From NCBI GenBank assembly GCA_965248265.1, contig CBDFJF010000002.1:2272001-2336000 (forward strand): 64,000 nucleotides of DNA. The letters run 5' to 3'. The number at the start of each line of letters is the position of its first letter. Positions within the stretch are counted from its first letter, which is position 1. The notes below the pieces were generated by a model. The model was given only the letters and a program-made list of their open reading frames with translations, was not told where the DNA came from and did not search any database. This document shows, piece after piece, positions 59,138-64,000 of the stretch. Source of the DNA: Candidatus Latescibacterota bacterium. Its GTDB lineage: Bacteria; Latescibacterota; UBA2968; UBA8231. Made by a program: the position numbers and the translations under genes.

Positions 59138-59987
59138 TCACTTGGCCCAGAACGGCTGCGTCCAGGCGAACTGCTCGCCGTCGCCCCAGCACTCGAAGCG
59201 CACGTACTGCCATGTTGACTGCATGTCGAGGGAGATGGCGCTGTCATCCGTGATCGCCACGCGACGCCCGACTGCCGACACGCCGACGATGCGCCTGGCG
59301 TTCTCGGTCTCGACGGTGATGCGACTACCCCGGACGGCGATGCGTGAGATCTCGACGCCGGATGAGGCGTAGAAACGGCCGGCCTTCAGGGCCTCCCGGA
59401 TGCCGCTCACCGAGCGCTCATGGGCGCAGACGACGTTCCAGCCATTACCGATGTCTTCATCGCTGTGGCTGTCGTCATTGGCGAAGCCCCAGAGCCGTCG
59501 TCCCTGGCTCAACAGCAAGTCCCACTTGTTCGTGCAATACGGGGTGCCCTGAAGCCGGTTGATGAGTCCGTTGTAGATCTCGAGACCGTGGTAGCCGATC
59601 CATTCCTGCATCTGCGTGATTTTCGTACCGTCGAACTCGCTCTGCCAGGCCGGCGCCGGCGCCGATACCGTCTATGACTTTTTGGCGCGGCATCAGCGGT
59701 TCGACAAGGCGGTCCGGCGCCACATGCAGGATGTGCGGCCCGTTGGCGCTAATTTCGTTGCCGGGCATCATGATCATGCCCTTGTTGTTCCAGGTCCGGA
59801 ATTCCTTGCTCGCGGTATATATGTCGTGGTCGGAGATGGCGAGAAAATCATGTCCGAGTTTGGCGTACTTGTTGATGACTGTCTGCGGTTTGTTTTTGCC
59901 GTCGGTTTTCGTCGTGTGGGTATGCAGGTTACCGCGCAGCCACTGGCTTTTTGTGAGATTGCGGTAGGGATGATCGATTCCAGGCAT
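59138..59987 (-). pseudogene. PHP-domain (CehA/McbA-like) metallohydrolase, frameshifted near 59645
   Basis: GNLHTHT..DG, ISDHD, GNE in one frame; LEIYNG, ANDDSH, GRFYASSG, AWTQP in another. Confidence 0.88.
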
Positions 59988-60084
59988 GTGCGGGTCTCCT
60001 GACAGGCGCTGAGGTTGTAGATATTAAGCGTAGTTTGCGATCTTCAGTCAACGGAGACTGCTCGCCATCTTCTCCTCGACACGA

Positions 60085-60970
60085 CCTGATTTTCGTGTGC
60101 GAAAAACCTATCTCCGCCACGCTCGCGGACGCCGATCGCATGGTCGAGGCGTGCCGCGCCAACGGTGCCAAGTTCGGGGCCGGCGACATGTTTCGCAATT
60201 ACGAGCAGCTGTGGAGCGCACGCGAGATGATCGACGCCGGTGAGATCGGTGAAGTGATCGCGATCGTCAATCACGGCGCCGCCAACTCCGGCAGCGGTTG
60301 CCAGGATCTGAGCGTCATCCGTCTGTTCGCCGGGGACGCTCCAGTGGAATGGGTGGTCGGTTGGTCGACCGGCACGCCCATGGATCAATCCCTCGGCACG
60401 GTCGACGCGTCCAGTGATCACGACCAGGAGCTGGGCGGAACGATCCGCTTCACCAACGCCATCACGGCCCATATCCTCGACAGGCGTGGTCCTCTGCGCG
60501 GAGTGGAAGTCATCTGCGAGCGCGGGGTTTTTGCCAGCGACTACACCTCATTCGAGCTGCATAGAGGCCCGCAAGGAGACGGCAGTCGACAGAATCGTTC
60601 CGACATGGTGGAAGTGACGGGCCTTTTCGAGGACTCGGTCGATTGGGGCGATCACCGCGTCGACGGCTGGATGGGGATGGCCTCTCGGCAGGCCGACACC
60701 GCGCAGTCGATGATCGACGCACTCGACAGGGACATCGAGCCCAGAGCCAATGGTGAGAATGGGCGCGACGTGCTCGAACTGGCCATCGCCATGCGCGAGT
60801 CCGAGCGCCGGAACTTTGAACCCGTGAAGATGCCCCTGGAAGATCGAACCCTCCAGATCGTTCCCGCCGCCGGCCGCACGTACTGGAAGAGGGAAGTCTA
60901 CGGCGAGGAATGGTACGCCCAGCGGTTGGCGAGCCAGAAGCGGGACGGCCCTGCGGGAAGCACGTCGTGA
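60085..60970 (+). pseudogene. Gfo/Idh/MocA oxidoreductase lacking the Rossmann N-terminus
   Basis: Homology begins at CEKPISATLADADRMV; paralogous to 53584..54702 through the C-terminal WY..QLA-like tail. Confidence 0.8.
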
Positions 60971-62007
60971 GGTTGGTCGTCCTCTCCTACAGTCACCACG
61001 GCCGCAGTCTGGGTCGTACAGCGGACGATGTCGGCCACCACATCGCCGGAGTCATGGACGCCGAGGAGGGTCCGCGCTCGCAGCTGCAAGCAGACTTCGA
61101 TTGCCCCGGATTCGAAACAGCGGGCGCATGCCTCGATGCGGTCAAACCAGACGCCGTCTTGGTCTCGGGGAAACACATCGAGATACCCGTTCACATTCAG
61201 GCTTGCGTCGACCGGCGCATTCCCTACCTGGTAGACAAACCGTTTGCCGATTGCGCCGCTCGCCTCAGGCCGGTAGCCGAGGATTCCGAGAGACACGGCG
61301 TTTTCAGCGCGCTGACGCTGCCCAATCGCGCCAGCCGCATCGTCGCCACAGCGCGGAAAATGGTCGCCGATGGCAGCCTCGGTACTCTCGTCCTCTACAG
61401 CAGCAGGCTTAACAACGGCCCACCGATGCGCTACGATCCGACCCCGTCCGCGTGGCACAACGACCCCGCCGTTTCCGGAGGCGGCTGTTGGGCCACCGAG
61501 GCGGCGCACGGCATCGACACCTATCTGCAGTTTGTCGGCGACCGCCCGGTAACGGTGGTCGGAGCCATCATGTCGAACGCCATGTACGGCCGCGAGATAG
61601 AGGACAGCGCCGTGGGCATGCTGCGCAGCGAGGATGGCGTCACCGGCATCATCGAGTCCGGTTACACCTTCCCCGCGGGAGGACACGGCGGCGATCATTT
61701 CTTCCGCTTCGTCGGATCCAAAGCCTCCGTATTCGCTCTCTACGGCAAAGGCGGGGAGCCCCTGATCGAGGTTCACTCCGCCGCCGGTGTCGAGTTCAGT
61801 GAGGACCTCCCGCACGGTGAGCGGATGAGCCGAGTAATCGATGCGGGCTTGACCGCTCTGCAGGAGGGCCGAGCCGCCGACACGAGCATCCGCGACGCCG
61901 TCCGCATCCTCGAGATTCAGGACGCCGTCTACGACCACGCCAGAGCGAACCCCGTGACCAACGGACCGCATCCGATGGGGCCGGCGGCCGCAAGGCCGAC
62001 AAAATGA
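60967..62007 (+). CDS. Gfo/Idh/MocA oxidoreductase
   Basis: GTG overlapping the upstream TGA; LVDKP, SGGGC..EAAHGID, IEDSA. Confidence 0.85.
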   Translation: MRLVVLSYSHHGRSLGRTADDVGHHIAGVMDAEEGPRSQLQADFDCPGFETAGACLDAVKPDAVLVSGKHIEIPVHIQACVDRRIPYLVDKPFADCAARLRPVAEDSERHGVFSALTLPNRASRIVATARKMVADGSLGTLVLYSSRLNNGPPMRYDPTPSAWHNDPAVSGGGCWATEAAHGIDTYLQFVGDRPVTVVGAIMSNAMYGREIEDSAVGMLRSEDGVTGIIESGYTFPAGGHGGDHFFRFVGSKASVFALYGKGGEPLIEVHSAAGVEFSEDLPHGERMSRVIDAGLTALQEGRAADTSIRDAVRILEIQDAVYDHARANPVTNGPHPMGPAAARPTK

Positions 62008-62280
62008 GGAAACGCGCTGAATAGGGGCGCGTCACCCCGAGGGGCCTCGGCGTGTCAGGTCACAGGAGCTGTAGGGGGCAAGTGGACTCAGGATATGAGG
62101 CGGGAGGTGCACGATAATTTCCATCAAAGGGAGTCAACCGATATAAAGGCAGGAAGATGAGAGGTGTTCATTTCAATAGCCCCGGGTGATGCTGCTGGGT
62201 AAGTTGAGACAGTGTTACATCCATCAGCCTGGGCGAGAGATCCATGACGTCCAATCTGTAGAAGAGGTTCGCTTGGCGAA

Positions 62281-62396
62281 GAATATCTGCTCGACGTCGG
62301 CTGCGGCGACGGACTGATGGCTTGGGAGCGCTCGAACACCTCCGTGACGGGCACGTTACCTTTAGCGAAATCTCGGAGGACGTGCTGTCGCAGTGC
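62281..62396 (+). pseudogene. Shard of a class I SAM-dependent methyltransferase
   Basis: LLDVGCGDGLMA, then frameshift to LGALE...VTFSEISEDVLSQC. Confidence 0.65.
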
Positions 62397-62533
62397 GTGC
62401 TGACGGTTCCAGCGCTTTCTTCGACGCAGGCCAGACTGGCTGCCCACGAGGGAGTGCTGATCGGTCTCCTTCCTCGCACGCTGGAAGCCCGGGAGAGCCG
62501 TATCTGGCCTGAGATCGACTGAGGATGGGAAAC

Positions 62534-62569
62534 ATGAGTCTGCTGGGAATCGACATTGGCACTACGGGG
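62534..62569 (+). pseudogene. First 12 codons of an FGGY sugar kinase, with RBS
   Basis: GAGG then MSLLGIDIGTTG; homology ends there. Confidence 0.6.
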
Positions 62570-62706
62570 CAAAGACCGTATGCGCGCAACGAATGCGACG
62601 ATGCCGGTCTCACCCGCAAGGTGCACGGAGATGCCTCCCTGTTCGTCGGTCGTCAGGTCCAGTACAATTGTTGTCCCAAGTGTGAACGAGAAAGGAGGGC
62701 GAACGT

Positions 62707-63402
62707 ATGCGCGTACTGATTACAGGCGCCGCCGGCATCATTGGAACCGTGCTGACGAAGGGCCTGAAAGACCGCTACGAGTTGCACGGGCTCGATCGGG
62801 ATCCTATGCCGCTGATGGACCACGCAACCATCGGCGACATCTCGGATTTTGAGACAGTCTATGAGGCCTCGCGCGGTATGGACGCGATAATCCATCTGAC
62901 AACCGCCAAGAGTGAGGAAAAGGATTGGGAAGGAGCTCTGAAAACGAGCTTCCGGGGTACCTACAACACCTTTGAGGCGGCCCGCCAGAACGGCGTACGC
63001 CGTGTTGTTTACGCCAGCCGGGCAGCCGTCGTGGACCCCTACCCACCCGGCGTCAAGCTGACCATGGATCTGTACCCTCTACCCGAAAGCCTCTACACCA
63101 TCAGCAAGATTTTCGCCGAGGGTCTGGCCCGCATGTACACCAACAAGCACGGGCTGGAAACCGTGGGGATTCGCGTTGGAAACCTGAAGGCTGACCGGCC
63201 CAAGCCGCAAGATCACCCCAAGCAACTGAGCCACGACGACTGCGTCAGGGTCTTCGAGCAGGCGATCACGCATCCGGGAGTCAAGTGGGAGCTGGTCTTC
63301 GGCGTCTCCGACAGCAACTCGGACCGATACGATATCGAGCACGGACAGCGGGCCATCGGCTACTATCCACAGGATCGCTCTACGGTGCAGGAGGACGGAT
63401 GA
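62707..63402 (+). CDS. NAD-dependent epimerase/dehydratase (uronate dehydrogenase-like)
   Basis: VLITGAAGIIG, YAS, YTISK, LSHDD, FGVS; RBS AAGGAGG. Confidence 0.9.
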   Translation: MRVLITGAAGIIGTVLTKGLKDRYELHGLDRDPMPLMDHATIGDISDFETVYEASRGMDAIIHLTTAKSEEKDWEGALKTSFRGTYNTFEAARQNGVRRVVYASRAAVVDPYPPGVKLTMDLYPLPESLYTISKIFAEGLARMYTNKHGLETVGIRVGNLKADRPKPQDHPKQLSHDDCVRVFEQAITHPGVKWELVFGVSDSNSDRYDIEHGQRAIGYYPQDRSTVQEDG

Positions 63403-63450
63403 GAGCTTGGGTGACGGCGCAGGGTGCGTAGCAGACGTCCTGGGATACGT

Positions 63451-64000
63451 TCAGCTCAACCTCACCCAGTGCCTGAAAAGAGGCTTGGCCTTTTCCGGCA
63501 GCGCTGCGTGGACCTCCGGCGCCAGGGGTACCAGCTCATTCTCTGTCATGCCCGTCTCATCCACCATGCGGGCGCGTTCGTCGGAGCCCGGCATCAGCAC
63601 ATCCAGATTGAGCCACCACGGCGCGTAACGAACAGGGACGCCGACTCGAGGTTGGTCGCTGCGGTTGGTAGCGACCGCGTGCCACAGGCGGCTGTCAAAT
63701 ACGAGCACGCTGCCGGCGTCGCCGGTGGCCTGCACTTGGGTCGGGTAGGGTGCGGATGGGTCCACGCCGTTGTCGCCCGTCGGATTGGTACTGGACCGAT
63801 GACTGCCGGGGACGACGAAGGTGCCGCCTGTTTCATTCGTAAAGGGCGATAGCATCCATATCGTCGTCAGGTGCATGACTGCGTCGGGATAGGGCGTCGG
63901 GATGTGCCCGGCGTTGTGTTGGTTGAATGGCCAGTCGGCATGCCATTCGCCGCGCTCGTTGCCCGGGAAGTTGATCGCCGCCGTCGTCATGGAGATCCGC
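63451..64000 (-). CDS. PhyH family dioxygenase, partial (runs off the window)
   Basis: WHADWP, GGTFVVPGSH, GSVLVFDSRLWHA. Confidence 0.88.
   Translation of the reverse strand, partial: RISMTTAAINFPGNERGEWHADWPFNQHNAGHIPTPYPDAVMHLTTIWMLSPFTNETGGTFVVPGSHRSSTNPTGDNGVDPSAPYPTQVQATGDAGSVLVFDSRLWHAVATNRSDQPRVGVPVRYAPWWLNLDVLMPGSDERARMVDETGMTENELVPLAPEVHAALPEKAKPLFRHWVRLS

Noticed and set aside
1-64000. tRNA, rRNA, reverse transcriptase, integrase, Y2 transposase or phage genes
   Set aside because: None recognisable. The enzyme for the proposed capture system is therefore not in this window, and the mechanism remains an inference.

Overview
GC-rich (about 60-65% by eye) bacterial accessory region with no housekeeping genes, rRNA or tRNA. 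It carries catabolic and scavenging genes: GH32-like propellers, GHL10-like barrels, DUF4838 proteins, GH172, pectate lyase, sulfatase, PhoX, purple acid phosphatase, Gfo/Idh/MocA, GMC, PhyH/TauD dioxygenases, and a merR-merT/P module without merA. The gene families and an FlgD-Ig-like fragment resemble Latescibacterota/Poribacteria/SAR202-type genomes (inference only). The main signal is architectural. A non-coding 75-150 bp element occurs four times in the same orientation (23495, 25655, 32707, 47935). It has a fixed left end and a variable right end, and each copy lies 3' of a complete minus-strand gene. The fixed end (minus strand ...AAAAAGGGCTCTTGTACTTCCTAAAC, followed by GTTC/GTGA/GTCG/GTCC) resembles the oriIS terminus and target of IS91/ISCR rolling-circle transposons, but no Y2 transposase is encoded here. 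Many gaps between intact genes are filled with 35-350 bp shards of other genes, several homologous to genes elsewhere in the window. Best hypothesis: a Helitron-like gene-capture mosaic built by non-autonomous oriIS ends. Chimeric assembly or MDA artefact has to be excluded. An intact IS3 element (inserted into one repeat copy, 3-bp TSD) and an IS630-type MITE are also present. All product calls come from motif recognition, not database searches.
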